A DNA stretch of 64,000 bases from contig CBDATR010000009.1 of assembly GCA_965200155.1 (NCBI GenBank), forward strand, positions 96,001-160,000, given 5' to 3'. Under the pieces are notes generated by a model. The model was not told the DNA's origin. It saw only the letters and a program-made list of their open reading frames with translations, and did not search any database. Source of the stretch: Nitrosopumilaceae archaeon (GTDB lineage Archaea > Thermoproteota > Nitrososphaeria > Nitrososphaerales > Nitrosopumilaceae). Below, piece after piece: positions 44,332-55,825 of this stretch. The position numbers were made by a program, and so were the translations under genes. Numbering within the stretch: the stretch's first letter is position 1; the number at the start of each line of letters is the position of its first letter.

Positions 44332-45636
44332 CTAGGGCCGCAGCCGGTCCACATCCCGGGGATAGAAGGTCGTATCCCGTATATTTGGTGTGCCCGTTAG
44401 TGCCATCATGAGACGCTCAAGGCCAATGCCGCATCCTGCATGGGGAGGCATACCATAATCAAAAGCCCCCAGATGGTATGAGAAGGACTGGACATTCAGG
44501 TTCTTGTCCGCCAAGTTACGCTCCAAATCTTCCCGCTTGTTTATACGGCTACTTCCCGATGATATCTCCAAGTCACCATACATCAAGTCAAAGGACTCGG
44601 AGACTTGCGGGTTCTCCTCACTCCGCTTTACATAGAATGGCTTGGGCCCCATGGGCCAGTCGGTTATAAAGTACATGCCGGTCAGGCCCAGCTTGCGAAG
44701 CCACGAGGGGTGCAAGTCATCACCCCACTCCATCTTGGCGCCGGTATCTCGTATACGCTGGGCTAGGCTCTCGTATGTATATCTGGGAATCGCCTCTATT
44801 TTTGGAACATTTAGGGCTCCGGGGTTATCCTGCTCATATACAGCGGCGGCTCCGGCCGCATATTTAACCACATCCTCGATGCGATCCATTACATCTGTGT
44901 AATCTACGAACGCCTCTTCCATGTCTATGGATATGGCCTCGGCTAGGTGCCTGTTGGTACGGGATGCCTCTGCCCGGAATATTGGAGCTATCTCAAAGAC
45001 CCTCTCAAAGGACATTGTAAGCTGCTCCTTGTATAACTGGGGGCTCTGGGCCAGAAATGCCTCCTTGTCATAGTAGAATATGGAAAAGAGTGAGGCGCCG
45101 CCCTCGGTAGCCGATGCTATAATCTTGGGCGTGCTTATCTCGGTGAAATTGTTCCTTGTGAAGTAATCCCGCAGGGCGCCCAAAACCCTGCTACGGGCTC
45201 GGAATATGTGCTTGAGGCTGTCACGGCGCAAGTCGATGTAACGCGCCTCCAGTCTTGTGTCAATGTTTTTGACCGTAATGGCGGCAGGCTCAAAGGGTGG
45301 AATGCAAGTCACCGCGGAGAATACGTGCAGGGTAGTCGGAACTATTTCCACCCCGCCGGGGGCCCGGAGAGACTTGGATACCATTCCAGTGACAGATACC
45401 GAGGAATGAGGCTTTATGGCAGATAATGTTTCAAATATGTCATCCGGGCACTGCCCCTTCTTTGATACCACCTGTATGCGTCCATCCATGTCATGTAATA
45501 TTGTGAATGATATGCTTCCGTGGGAACGTACAGATGCAACCCAGCCCATTACAGTTACAGTCTGTCCATCCAGGTGCTCGCCCAACTGCCCGGAGAGGTG
45601 TGTCCGGCGAAGATTCCCCAATGTAGTGCCCACCAT
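44332..45636 (-). CDS. aspS: Aspartate-tRNA(Asp/Asn) ligase, archaeal type
   Basis: OB fold, EGGA, LAQSPQLYK, FRAE, GMPPHAGCGIGLER, YPRD. Confidence 0.96.
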   Translation of the reverse strand: MVGTTLGNLRRTHLSGQLGEHLDGQTVTVMGWVASVRSHGSISFTILHDMDGRIQVVSKKGQCPDDIFETLSAIKPHSSVSVTGMVSKSLRAPGGVEIVPTTLHVFSAVTCIPPFEPAAITVKNIDTRLEARYIDLRRDSLKHIFRARSRVLGALRDYFTRNNFTEISTPKIIASATEGGASLFSIFYYDKEAFLAQSPQLYKEQLTMSFERVFEIAPIFRAEASRTNRHLAEAISIDMEEAFVDYTDVMDRIEDVVKYAAGAAAVYEQDNPGALNVPKIEAIPRYTYESLAQRIRDTGAKMEWGDDLHPSWLRKLGLTGMYFITDWPMGPKPFYVKRSEENPQVSESFDLMYGDLEISSGSSRINKREDLERNLADKNLNVQSFSYHLGAFDYGMPPHAGCGIGLERLMMALTGTPNIRDTTFYPRDVDRLRP

Positions 45637-46191
45637 GACAGGTACAGGTGTTGCGGCGATATTAATTGTATAGCATCAATCGCGAGTCTTTGCTTACATG
45701 GCGCCCTGACCGGGTACATTCTGATCATGTGTTTTTGACGTTTTATAGCGAGTACCATTAATCTTTAAATGGTATTTTGGTAACAGTTTAGGTCGCTCTT
45801 TCATATGGGCCACCAAGACAGGTGCTAAATCCTGTTCACGCGAAATCACAGTGTATGCTAAGGCTAGCAGGGACCATTACCTACAGGTTTGGCAGATGCT
45901 TGCCAATAAAAACACGCCTCAATTCAGAGCGACCCGAACAGGTACTGTCAATCATGCGCATAATGTCTAATATGCGAAACCATACGCTTTGTCTAAGGTA
46001 TTCTATCTAAGCCCGGATTCTTGACCACCAGCATAGGAGTGAACGTATTTTATCATGAAATTCCGGTCGGTCCTCTTTTGCCTTCGGTCTGTCCAAGCCC
46101 GCTACGCAGTTTCCGAATTAATTTTGCGACCCGAACCATGCCCTCACGGTTCACATATAGTCTTAAATTTGCACTGTAACACACGGTAAGC

Positions 46192-47520
46192 ATGAACGTG
46201 GTTTTGAGATGCATGCATCCGGACTGCAAGTCTGAATACCCCATAAAGAGCACCACGTTCTTTTGTGAAAAAGGCCATCCCTTGGATGTTGTCTATCACG
46301 GCAAGCCAGACAAAGCCATGATAGAGGTATTCTATAGAAGACGGGATCACCATGGCAACATATACGACGAGAGCGGGGTGTGGAGATTCCGGGAACTCAT
46401 AAATTTCTGCCAGGTAGACACACATGACACCATGTCCTGTGCCAAATATTTGGTCTCGTTGGACGGAGTGGAGGGAAGACAGTCAAAGCCATACCACATG
46501 AAGCGCGCAGCAGATCTGGTGGGAGCCAGACCGGAATCATTATGGCTGCAGTCAGAAGGATACAATCCCAGCGGATCCTTCAAGGATAACGGCATGGCCA
46601 CTGCACTGACTCATGCCAAAATGGTGGGAGCCACGAAAGTAGTCTGCGCGTCCACGGGGAATACATCCGCATCCGCGGGCATGTTTGCAGCTAATGAGGG
46701 CATAGACTGTGATGTGTACATACCCTCAGGCCAGATAGCTCCGGGTAAGCTTAGCCAGGCATACCAGTTTGGGGCGCAGATAGTAAAGGTAGACGGGAAT
46801 TTTGATGACGCCTTGGAGCAGTCACTGCAGAATACCAAAACCGGCGGATATACTGTAAATTCCATAAACCCGTTCCGCATCGAGGGTCAAAAGACCATAC
46901 CGTATAGAGTGCTGGAGTACATGGAGTGGCACCCCCCGGACTGGATAGTATATCCGGGAGGGGCTTTGGGCAATACATCCAGCTGCGGAAAAGCGTTAAT
47001 GGAGTTGCACGAGTGGGGCTGGATCAAAAAGATGCCCCGCATTGCGGTGATAAACGCGGAAGGCGCCAGTACACTCTCGGACCTGTATAATGGACGCTAT
47101 GGCGAGAAGGTGCGATGGAATGATGGCCGCGTAAATACAGAAGCAATAAACGAATACTACTCCCAGATGGACTCGCGCGGTTTGCGCCCCAAAACACAGG
47201 CCACTGCAATTCAGATAGGCAAGCCCGCCAACATATTGAAGGGGTTGCGGGCGCTCGATGTTACCGATGGCGTTGTCATTACGGTGTCAGATAAAGAGAT
47301 GCTGGACGCCATGAGTGTGATAGGATTGAACGGATTTGACTGTGAGATGGCATCAGGGGCATCACTGGCAGGCGCACGCAAGCTCATAGAGCAGGGAATA
47401 ATGAAGCCGGACGACCGCATAGTATGCATACTCACAGGAAGGCAGAAGGATCCCATGCTACCGGTGGAATACCACAATGACCAGACAAACAGGTTTGCGC
47501 GACCCCCCAGAAATAATTAG
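46192..47520 (+). CDS. thrC: Threonine synthase
   Basis: NPSGSFKDNG, CASTGNTSAS, NSINPFRIEGQKT. Confidence 0.93.
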   Translation: MNVVLRCMHPDCKSEYPIKSTTFFCEKGHPLDVVYHGKPDKAMIEVFYRRRDHHGNIYDESGVWRFRELINFCQVDTHDTMSCAKYLVSLDGVEGRQSKPYHMKRAADLVGARPESLWLQSEGYNPSGSFKDNGMATALTHAKMVGATKVVCASTGNTSASAGMFAANEGIDCDVYIPSGQIAPGKLSQAYQFGAQIVKVDGNFDDALEQSLQNTKTGGYTVNSINPFRIEGQKTIPYRVLEYMEWHPPDWIVYPGGALGNTSSCGKALMELHEWGWIKKMPRIAVINAEGASTLSDLYNGRYGEKVRWNDGRVNTEAINEYYSQMDSRGLRPKTQATAIQIGKPANILKGLRALDVTDGVVITVSDKEMLDAMSVIGLNGFDCEMASGASLAGARKLIEQGIMKPDDRIVCILTGRQKDPMLPVEYHNDQTNRFARPPRNN

Positions 47521-47523
47521 ATG

Positions 47524-47615
47524 GTGTGAGTTCATCTATGTCTAAATTTACGCATGACTTACCGTGACAGCAAGTGTGATTTGTACACGAGATTCCGGAA
47601 GACGTGAACTCATAC
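47524..47615. mobile_element. Diverged MITE just after the thrC stop (TSD attagatg/attagagg)
   Basis: TIRs; TSD matches at 7 of 8 bases. Confidence 0.85.
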
Positions 47616-47843
47616 ATTAGAGGAGTACTCGGCATATGCCAATCACACTGGTTGTGGTGAGTTGATAAGACCGGTGGTTATGACCAAGTCATGAAGAGGC
47701 GATCCATGCCAAACAATTATCTATTGGCTATCTGGGTTAAACAGGATGCCACTAAGAAAGAAGGGTAAACATCAGAGATGGGCAGATCAGAGGGCAACCC
47801 GGCGAAGGAGAAAGACCAAGGCCAGTAAGCCACGTTCCCGTTA

Positions 47844-48587
47844 GTGTCAAGATTTTATACGCCGTTCAGGACGGTTCTAATGGTAATGGATCCACTAGTT
47901 CGGATCAAGGCGGCTCGTACACAGGGAACCTTGCCCAGTAAATTATGTGACTTGATAACTAAGCGCTTTTCCCTTGTGGTATCGGGAATTAACCGGGTAG
48001 AGACATCTTCCGGTTTAGAGTACCCGGTAGCATACGTGGAACCGGCCGCAGTGCTCTCCACTACATCGCAATTTGGGTATGGCATCCTGTTTGCCAGGAC
48101 CATTCCACTACTGGTAAAGGACGATCTCCGGGTTGTGATACAGGTATCTGCTCCCCTGGTGGCATACGGCCTAAAGGGAACCATTCACGCCATACTGGCA
48201 CACGAATTCTTGCACTACCTTGATCTCATGCGGCGCATAAAGAGCGGCCTGCTTTCTGATGAGATTACCGGCAATCTGTTTGAGAATGTATACGCGGACG
48301 AGTCCCGTACACTGGAACCGGGTGCCGTATTCCAGGACAGAACGCTGGTGAGGCACATAAAGAGTCGTTTTGGTATGGGCTTTCGGGATACAAGACTGGA
48401 GTCCCACGTAGTCGCAAAATGGATAGGCAAGGATTTACCCAGAATAGGCGTCAGTCTGGACACCAATACGGTGGCATTTTCGCCCCAGATACTGTCCCAA
48501 ATACGCATCCCCCCGCATATGGCAGACATGCTAGACAAGATGTATGAAAAGAGCCAACGCATACGGTCGCGTCATAGAATGAAATAG
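47844..48587 (+). CDS. Conserved hypothetical protein with an HExxH motif (start may be near 47886)
   Basis: ILAHEFLHY; long ORF in the core region. Confidence 0.7.
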   Translation: MSRFYTPFRTVLMVMDPLVRIKAARTQGTLPSKLCDLITKRFSLVVSGINRVETSSGLEYPVAYVEPAAVLSTTSQFGYGILFARTIPLLVKDDLRVVIQVSAPLVAYGLKGTIHAILAHEFLHYLDLMRRIKSGLLSDEITGNLFENVYADESRTLEPGAVFQDRTLVRHIKSRFGMGFRDTRLESHVVAKWIGKDLPRIGVSLDTNTVAFSPQILSQIRIPPHMADMLDKMYEKSQRIRSRHRMK

Positions 48588-48661
48588 TGGGATTGGCAGG
48601 ACTTGAACCTGCGACCCCTGGTACCCAAAACCAGAATCATACCATGCTAGACCACAATCCC
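48588..48661 (-). tRNA. tRNA-Pro(UGG)
   Basis: GGGATTG…CAATCCC-A acceptor; anticodon arm CTGGT-TTTGGGT-ACCAG; T arm GGTTCAAGTCC. Confidence 0.95.
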
Positions 48662-49404
48662 AGTGATATAATACAGCAGGTCGACCCAATTTAAATTTGG
48701 ACATATAACGGCACCAAACGTCTTTGTTGCTTAACTCAATCAAGTTATATAAGAAAATCGTATTGAGGAAAAAAGTTTGTGCATCTTCGCCACACAACTG
48801 TGTGTTGGCAGTCATTAGATCCAAGCATTAATATCTGAGTATCTATCTAGATTTTTGAAATGATAAATTAGTTGTGCCGCTCAGGATTCCCTCAAGTTGC
48901 ATAAATCCTGCCAGTAGTCGCGATTCGGCGTCGTGAATCTAGATGAACCTATATGATTACCCGAGGGTGTATATTTGCATTAGAAAGACATGCAGGATGA
49001 GAAAATATGGATTTTATAGCATCAGCAAATATCATGCGAACCATACTTCAAAAATCTAGACAGATACATCAAAGTAACCGTTTAAGTCATTCCAAAGATT
49101 AGCCCACATTTGGAAAGCGCGTAAACACCATAGACGATTTAGTGCGCCACCTTATCACACAATTGCCGCGGTATGGTCTTTGGTATAGGTGACCAGTACC
49201 GTGAGGGAGACATCTGCACAGGGCACAAACAGTTATCACTTCAAAAACGTAGACAGATACCTGATTATAATGTCCCAGCGAATCATACCATATGAGGAAC
49301 GGCAAATGTGTGACGGTGTTGAGTCACATCCCTGCACTCAACAGGCCCCCATAGCATAACGCCACACCAAAAAACTATTAGAGCAGGCATTATACCATAA
49401 TAAC

Positions 49405-49515
49405 ATGAAGGGGCTTTGTCACGGCTGTTTCACATCCAACACAGATATCGCGGTCATGAATGGCAGGATACTGTGCCCAGACTGCAGTAAACCCACCAAG
49501 CAATCAAAGAAATGA
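49405..49515 (+). CDS. 36-aa zinc-finger microprotein (CHGC…CPDC)
   Basis: MKGLCHGCFTSNTDIAVMNGRILCPDCSKPTKQSKK; its stop overlaps the next start (ATGA). Confidence 0.7.
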   Translation: MKGLCHGCFTSNTDIAVMNGRILCPDCSKPTKQSKK

Positions 49516-50372
49516 GGCTGGACGTAATATCTCACTGTGCGCTGGATACCGTACACTTGGAGGGCTCAGTTCATGAACAGGCGGGTGGAGATGCCTGCTA
49601 TATAGGCAAAATGTGCAGGGAGTTTGGTTCCAAAGTGGAACTGCAGACTCGCTATGGCAAGGACTTTCCCATACAATATCTGGATGATGCAAAGATGACT
49701 CACGAGGGGGCTCTATCGGAGAGTCCCACCACTCGATTCACTATTCACATTGACGGCCACCACCGAAAGATCTACCTGAATGGACAATGTGATAACATAC
49801 CAGTACGACACATGGACAATGACGGGACAATAATTGCCCCCATATATCACGAAATAAGCCCCCAAGACATACATGGGCATGACGGATATATCCTGCTAAA
49901 CCCCCAGGGCCTCATAAGAGGGGCGGACCAGGACGGACTTGTCACAACGGTTACGGCAAAACTTGACCTAAAAGGCATAGACGCGCTAAAAGTCAATCCC
50001 GCGGAAGTGAAGGCACTCTCAGGTCAGGAGGGCGAGGAGGGACTGAAACTGTTACACAAGATGGGCGCCAAGACCATAATCCGCACTAATGGCGAGAATA
50101 TCTCCATGCTAACTGATAACATGCTATACTCAATACGCCTCCCCAACAAGGAGATTCACGACACTACTGGCCTGGGAGCCATACTGTGCGGCGCCTTTGT
50201 CTGTACCATGCTAAAGGAGAAGGATGTTTTGTGGGCTTTCTGCTTTGCCGGGGGCGCCGTACAGGCTGCCCTTGATACGAAAAGTCTGGGTCTGCTCAAG
50301 ATACCCCACCGGGGGGCCATCCAGACCAACGCATCCTACTTTTACAATCTAGTCAAGTACAAACAGGTATAA
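49512..50372 (+). CDS. PfkB/ribokinase-family kinase
   Basis: GG near the N-terminus, LKVN..E, and DTTGLG (variant of DTTGAGD). Confidence 0.8.
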   Translation: MRLDVISHCALDTVHLEGSVHEQAGGDACYIGKMCREFGSKVELQTRYGKDFPIQYLDDAKMTHEGALSESPTTRFTIHIDGHHRKIYLNGQCDNIPVRHMDNDGTIIAPIYHEISPQDIHGHDGYILLNPQGLIRGADQDGLVTTVTAKLDLKGIDALKVNPAEVKALSGQEGEEGLKLLHKMGAKTIIRTNGENISMLTDNMLYSIRLPNKEIHDTTGLGAILCGAFVCTMLKEKDVLWAFCFAGGAVQAALDTKSLGLLKIPHRGAIQTNASYFYNLVKYKQV

Positions 50373-50396
50373 CACCAAGACACGCCATTACATTCT

Positions 50397-51410
50397 GTGA
50401 AGCTGGGAATATTTGAGCCATCAGGTAATTCAACGGCAATACTAAAGTCTTCGGGAATTGGCACCATACCGGTAACGGATCACGTCCCGGATGTAGATGG
50501 CGTATTAGTTGGGGGTGGTGACAAGGGGGTAAGAAGATACTTTCACAGAATAAGTGACACATCAGTGCCGGTCTTAGGATTGTCCGAGGGCGAGACGGCC
50601 GGATTCTTGGCACAAATAGACATGAAGGATTTGGGTTCTTATTCCCGCAGGCTTTTGCGCGGAGACTACACCATCGAGGAGATACCGCGGCTGGGCGTAC
50701 TGGTGGACAAGAAGAAGATGCACACTGTACTAAATGACGCGGCAGTATTCTCCTCAAGGAGCGCCATACTCATGGAGTATACTCTATGGGTGAATGGCCA
50801 GGAGGTCTGGCACGATAATAGCGACGGGGTGATTATAGCCACACCCCTAGGCTCCACTGCATATTCAATGTCCGCGGGTGGACCCATGATATTTCAGGGC
50901 TCCCCCGTATTCGGTATTGTTTCTGTCAACTCTTTAGATAATACGAGGCGACCGCTCATAGTATCAAACACCAGTACCGTGACTGTAGATGACATATCTG
51001 CCAGAGTCCACTGCGATGTAGTCCTGGACGGAATAGACAGGACCGGCGTAAAAGAGAGCGTGGAATTTTCTACCCTAAAGGAGCCTGCCAGAATAATACG
51101 CATGCAGAAGGATACCACCAGCATATCGGCCCTGGCAAAGAAGGTACACTTGGCAGAGGACTTACTTAGTATGCCCCCAAGCTCGAAGCTTGTACTAAAG
51201 ACACTGGAGCACGAGGGCGCCATGACACGGCGGGAACTGGTTACCCGCACCATGCTACCGGACAGGACTGTTCAAATGGCTCTGGGCCACTTAATAAAGA
51301 AGGGCTACCTGCGCAAGAAAATACCCGTCCGGGATGCCAGGCAGCGCATATACCACATAGCCAAGATTGTGTCAGACTCTCGCGGAAGCGGCGACAAAGG
51401 CCCTGTATGA
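50397..51410 (+). CDS. NAD kinase with a C-terminal winged-HTH domain
   Basis: GGGD, LND, DGVIIATPLGSTAYSMSAGGP; C-terminal MPPSSKLVLKTL…L…TMLPDRTV HTH. Confidence 0.88.
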   Translation: MKLGIFEPSGNSTAILKSSGIGTIPVTDHVPDVDGVLVGGGDKGVRRYFHRISDTSVPVLGLSEGETAGFLAQIDMKDLGSYSRRLLRGDYTIEEIPRLGVLVDKKKMHTVLNDAAVFSSRSAILMEYTLWVNGQEVWHDNSDGVIIATPLGSTAYSMSAGGPMIFQGSPVFGIVSVNSLDNTRRPLIVSNTSTVTVDDISARVHCDVVLDGIDRTGVKESVEFSTLKEPARIIRMQKDTTSISALAKKVHLAEDLLSMPPSSKLVLKTLEHEGAMTRRELVTRTMLPDRTVQMALGHLIKKGYLRKKIPVRDARQRIYHIAKIVSDSRGSGDKGPV

Positions 51411-52958
51411 CTCCTCAGGAATGCCCGGCCTACTGCTAAATTCCGGATGAAACTGCACGCCCATGTAGAATCGGCAAGCTGGAATCTCCAGTATCTCCAT
51501 CCGCTTTCCGTTATCACTCTCTGCGGAGAATATCATTCCTGCAGACTTTAGCCGGTCAATCATATCCTGGTTTATCTCGTAGCGATGACGGTGTCTACGC
51601 ATTATGATATCAGAGCCATAGGTATCACGGGCCATTGTATTATTATGTATGGTAATGGCATGGGCCCCCAGCCTCAGCGAACCGCCGGTGGCATGATCCG
51701 CCTGGTCTGGCAGAAGATGGACTACCGGGTTTTGTGTATCAGGTGATATTTCAGTACTGTCAGCATCGCTCATGCCTAGGACATTTCGTGCAAACGCTAT
51801 AGTGGCCAGCTGGAACCCAAAGCATATGCCAAGATATGGTATGTCCATGCGGCGGGCTGCATCGGCAGTCCTTATGATTCCCTCAGAACCCCGTGTCCCA
51901 AAACCGCCCGGTACCAGTATGCCACCATACTGACTCAGGCTTTCATAATCAGTCATGCTCTCCGAGTCCAGCAAGTCAATCTTTAACGATACCCCCAGGC
52001 TGGCCGCGGCATGCTGTAGTGCATGATTAACGCTGACATAGCTGTCCTTGAGGGTTACATACTTGCCCACCATGGCTATTCTTGTACTGGCATCCCTGGA
52101 TACTCCAAATGACGTTACAGTCTTGTTCCAGTCATCCCACTTCCGGGAGGAGTCCACCAGTCCCACCATGCCAAATCTGTGAAATATAGAATCAACTATG
52201 CCCTGCTCGTATAGCATTTGGGGCACCTCGAATATGGACTCTACATCATGGCATGATAACACATCAGAGACCCTGACGCCGGTAAACATGCCAAGCTTCT
52301 CCTTGGTTTTATCTCGCAGTGGCTTTGCGCTTCGTACTGCCAGATAGTCTGGCTGTATGCCTATGCGGCGCAGCTCCTGTACGCTGTGCTGTGTGGGCTT
52401 TGTCTTTTGCTCACCGACAACATCCAAGGACGGCGCCAGCGTTACATGAACGAATATAACATCATCGGATCCCACCTGCATCTGTCTTAGGGCTTCCAGA
52501 AACGGCAATGACTCCATGTCCCCAACGGTGCCGCCACATTCCACAATAAGTACGTCCAGCGACTCGGCCAGCCCTATTTGCGATATCCGCCTCTTTATCT
52601 CGTCAGTTACGTGTGGTATTATCTGCACGCAGGCCCCCAGATACTGTCCGTCTCTCTCTGCCTGTATTACCGAGGAGAATACCTGGGACGTGGTTATGTT
52701 GTGACTTTTCGGTACGTTCTGGTTCAGGAATCTTTCATAGTTGCCTATGTCCATGTCGCATTCGCCGCCATCCTCGGTCACAAATACCTCTCCATGAGTT
52801 ATGGGATTCATGGTACCGGCATCGTAATTTAGGTACGGGTCTATCTTTATGCAGGATACCCGCAGTCCGGCCAGCTGTAGTAATTTTGCCACGGACGACG
52901 CGGTAACACCCTTGCCCAGTCCGGACATTACACCACCGGTGACAAAAATATACTTCAT
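51372..52958 (-). CDS. pyrG: CTP synthase
   Basis: [46 protein letters not shown]. Confidence 0.98.
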   Translation of the reverse strand: MKYIFVTGGVMSGLGKGVTASSVAKLLQLAGLRVSCIKIDPYLNYDAGTMNPITHGEVFVTEDGGECDMDIGNYERFLNQNVPKSHNITTSQVFSSVIQAERDGQYLGACVQIIPHVTDEIKRRISQIGLAESLDVLIVECGGTVGDMESLPFLEALRQMQVGSDDVIFVHVTLAPSLDVVGEQKTKPTQHSVQELRRIGIQPDYLAVRSAKPLRDKTKEKLGMFTGVRVSDVLSCHDVESIFEVPQMLYEQGIVDSIFHRFGMVGLVDSSRKWDDWNKTVTSFGVSRDASTRIAMVGKYVTLKDSYVSVNHALQHAAASLGVSLKIDLLDSESMTDYESLSQYGGILVPGGFGTRGSEGIIRTADAARRMDIPYLGICFGFQLATIAFARNVLGMSDADSTEISPDTQNPVVHLLPDQADHATGGSLRLGAHAITIHNNTMARDTYGSDIIMRRHRHRYEINQDMIDRLKSAGMIFSAESDNGKRMEILEIPACRFYMGVQFHPEFSSRPGIPEESYRAFVAASARV

Positions 52959-52982
52959 GAAATGCCGGTGCGCGATACAGTA

Positions 52983-53216
52983 TTATTTCTTACCAGATCC
53001 CAGCGCAGTTAGGTTAAACCGGAAGAGTGCCAGCGCAAATACAATAATCATGGCAATGCCGGTAACATATGCAAAGTTAAAGCCATCCTCGTGCAAGTAC
53101 TGAAATAGAATGGTGCACGCCAGCAATGCCACACCCAGTGCAGTGAGTTTTCTATCGTACACGTCATGCCCACCTGACTCCCACACAAATCTCTTACGGA
53201 ACAGGCGCCACACCAA
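52983..53216 (-). CDS. Small membrane protein
   Basis: Two hydrophobic segments; co-oriented between the ferredoxin gene and pyrG. Confidence 0.55.
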   Translation of the reverse strand: MVWRLFRKRFVWESGGHDVYDRKLTALGVALLACTILFQYLHEDGFNFAYVTGIAMIIVFALALFRFNLTALGSGKK

Positions 53217-53292
53217 TCATTCAGAGCGGGCAAGAACATGATCAATAGATGACATGGCAGAATTGTTGTAAAAATAGGATGAATATTTCCTT

Positions 53293-53823
53293 CTAATCGT
53301 GTGCGTGCGGATTCGTGCCACCAGACAGTGCTACAAAAGTACCTGCAGCCTTGTCATGGGCCTCCATATTGGACTGGTCGACCTGGATAGCCTCTGGCGG
53401 ACATACTGAGACGCAGGCCATGCAATATATGCAATCATGCTCCCTAATGGGATCCGCCTTGTCAGTATGGTCTGTACGATTCTCTTTCTCTGTTTCACCT
53501 GTTCCTTCGAAGGTCTGATTCAGCGCTTGTGCAGCAGGTATATCTTTTTCAGTTCTATACCACTGGAACACCTGTACAGGACATGCTTCTATGCAAGCAC
53601 CGTCCGCTACACAAGAGTCCCAATCAACTGCAACCATGGTACCGCTGACGCCCAATGGCTCATACGTCTCACCACGGCTCTGGTATGCCGCTTGTACCTC
53701 CTCATTGGTGGCACTCTCAGCATCCGCGCGACCTGGACCCCACATAAAGTGGAAGTTTCCATCCGCGTTTAGTATCTTGCCCTTGGCTTCAAAACCCTCA
53801 GGAAAGTTCTCTGGGATTGGCAT
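53293..53823 (-). CDS. 4Fe-4S dicluster ferredoxin (AOA type)
   Basis: CVADGACIEACP and CIYCMACVSVCP. Confidence 0.92.
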   Translation of the reverse strand: MPIPENFPEGFEAKGKILNADGNFHFMWGPGRADAESATNEEVQAAYQSRGETYEPLGVSGTMVAVDWDSCVADGACIEACPVQVFQWYRTEKDIPAAQALNQTFEGTGETEKENRTDHTDKADPIREHDCIYCMACVSVCPPEAIQVDQSNMEAHDKAAGTFVALSGGTNPHAHD

Positions 53824-53908
53824 ATTGATAGAAATGAGCGATTATTATTTAAATCTAGATAAAATTAGTCATGACTAAATCGTTTTTAGTAGCCATTACA
53901 GTACGAAC

Positions 53909-54571
53909 ATGATGGACATTACAAAATGGGATTTGTATGGCGGCACCAACATAGGATTGTATGCGGCCGTTGCGGACAGTTATCTGCTTGTGCCCAGCGG
54001 TTTTGCCGCAGCCAAGGCCGAGAGACTGGCGCAGATATTGGAGGTAGGCTGGCATGCCATCTCCATATGCGGGACCCGACTGCTGGGCTCCATGTCTGTA
54101 CACTGCAACAACAGAATACTCCTGCCAAAGACCGTACACGAGCCGGAGTATACTGCCCTGTGTAGTATAACTGAGAGTGTTCACATTCTGAATTTAAGAT
54201 ACACGGCGCTGGGAAATCTCATATGCGCCAACAGGCACGGGGCCATCATCTCACCGTTATTCACAGCAGCAGAGCGTCACATTATACAGGACGCACTGGA
54301 TACCGAGGTTGCACCAACGCATATTGCTGGACTTGAGCAGACCGGGGCGCTGGCGGCCACCAACGATACCGGTACGGTGGTGCACCCACTGGCGGATCAG
54401 GACGAGATAGAGTACATATCCCAGGTATTGAAAACCAAGGTAGAGCCATCCACCATAAATGCAGGTGTCCCGTATGTGACTACGGGCATACTCCTGAATA
54501 ACATGGCAGTAGTGGTGGGAAGCACCAGTACCGGTCCTGAGATAATGATGCTCACCAGGGCATTTCTTTGA
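53909..54571 (+). CDS. eif6: Translation initiation factor 6 (aIF6)
   Basis: NIGLY, ALGNLICAN, TIN.GVPYV..G, TGPE. Confidence 0.92.
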   Translation: MMDITKWDLYGGTNIGLYAAVADSYLLVPSGFAAAKAERLAQILEVGWHAISICGTRLLGSMSVHCNNRILLPKTVHEPEYTALCSITESVHILNLRYTALGNLICANRHGAIISPLFTAAERHIIQDALDTEVAPTHIAGLEQTGALAATNDTGTVVHPLADQDEIEYISQVLKTKVEPSTINAGVPYVTTGILLNNMAVVVGSTSTGPEIMMLTRAFL

Positions 54572-55799
54572 TGAATTTCAGGGGATTTGATATTATTTTA
54601 TCGTATGACACCAAGCTCTCGCTTCCGCCCTTCATGTCCTTGAATATTACCATACCCTTCTGCATCTCCTTGGGGGCAACTATTATGGCCACATCCGAGT
54701 GCTGAGCCATGCTCATCTGCTTCTTTAGTGAACGCGCAGATACATCCATGGATACGGGAACCTGCTGGTGCCGCAGGGCCGCTGCAATTACCATGCCCCG
54801 TGGTCGCATGCCCTCCTGTACGTATATGACCGCGACCCGCTTTTGTGGACAGGGTATGCTCCCCATGGCAGAGACTATGCGCTCCACTCCGCCAGCCACT
54901 CCGGCAGCACCCATATCCTTCCGTCCGAACGCGGCCGGAAGCATGTCATATCGCCCCCCACCAGCAAGTGCCACATCTGATTTCGCACCATACGCCTCAA
55001 AGACCATTCCCGTATAGTAGTCAAGACCCCGCACTATGCCAAAATCAATAATGACATTACGTATATTCAGAGAATCAAGATCATGAATTAAACCATCCAG
55101 ATAATTGTACATCCGGTCACTCAAGTATGACTTTATGTCGTCCGGTGTCCCCTTGGCACTGGCAAACTCCATCATGTCTTCGAGTGCAGTCTTATCGTAC
55201 CCTTTTGCGATAAACTCGTCCACTATATCGGATGGCGCCTTTTTCTGCATCTTGTCCACTGCACGCAGTATGTCGTTGATTGAGTCTGTGCCAAAGTGTT
55301 GCGCTATATATGATTCCATAATCTCCCTGTGGCTGATTCGTATGTTATGACTAACCGGCAGTGAGTCCAAGAATCGGGAGGTGAACTCGATAATCTCCGC
55401 GTCCTGTGCGGGATGGGGCTGGCCATAAATCTCTATATCCCATTGATGGAAATAGCGATAGCGATTTTTTTGGGGCTCATCATACCGGAACACGCCTCCA
55501 AAACTGGATATTTTTGCTGGCAATGGACGCGCCCGGTCAGATACAACATGACGGGTCAGGCCCATGGTAAAATCAAAGCGCAGTCCCACCTCCCTGCCGC
55601 CCTTGTCGGTAAAGTTGTATACCTCATCACGAATTGCTGGCCCGGACTTTGTCTCCAGCGTGGACATGAGCTCCAACGGCGACGGATGTACTGATTCATA
55701 GTCATACAGGTCAGCCATGCGCTCAAACGCACTGCGTACGTACTCTATGCCATGGAGATCAGGACCGCTAACGTCCCTCATACCCCGCGGAAGTGCCAA
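54552..55799 (-). CDS. hisS: Histidine-tRNA ligase
   Basis: PRGMRD, LRFDFT, FRYDEPQ..RYR.F.Q, RGLDYYTG, GGGRYD. Confidence 0.97.
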   Translation of the reverse strand: MALPRGMRDVSGPDLHGIEYVRSAFERMADLYDYESVHPSPLELMSTLETKSGPAIRDEVYNFTDKGGREVGLRFDFTMGLTRHVVSDRARPLPAKISSFGGVFRYDEPQKNRYRYFHQWDIEIYGQPHPAQDAEIIEFTSRFLDSLPVSHNIRISHREIMESYIAQHFGTDSINDILRAVDKMQKKAPSDIVDEFIAKGYDKTALEDMMEFASAKGTPDDIKSYLSDRMYNYLDGLIHDLDSLNIRNVIIDFGIVRGLDYYTGMVFEAYGAKSDVALAGGGRYDMLPAAFGRKDMGAAGVAGGVERIVSAMGSIPCPQKRVAVIYVQEGMRPRGMVIAAALRHQQVPVSMDVSARSLKKQMSMAQHSDVAIIVAPKEMQKGMVIFKDMKGGSESLVSYDKIISNPLKFIKEMPW

Positions 55800-55825
55800 A
55801 CGCGATTCAATAAAGACGTACCAAT

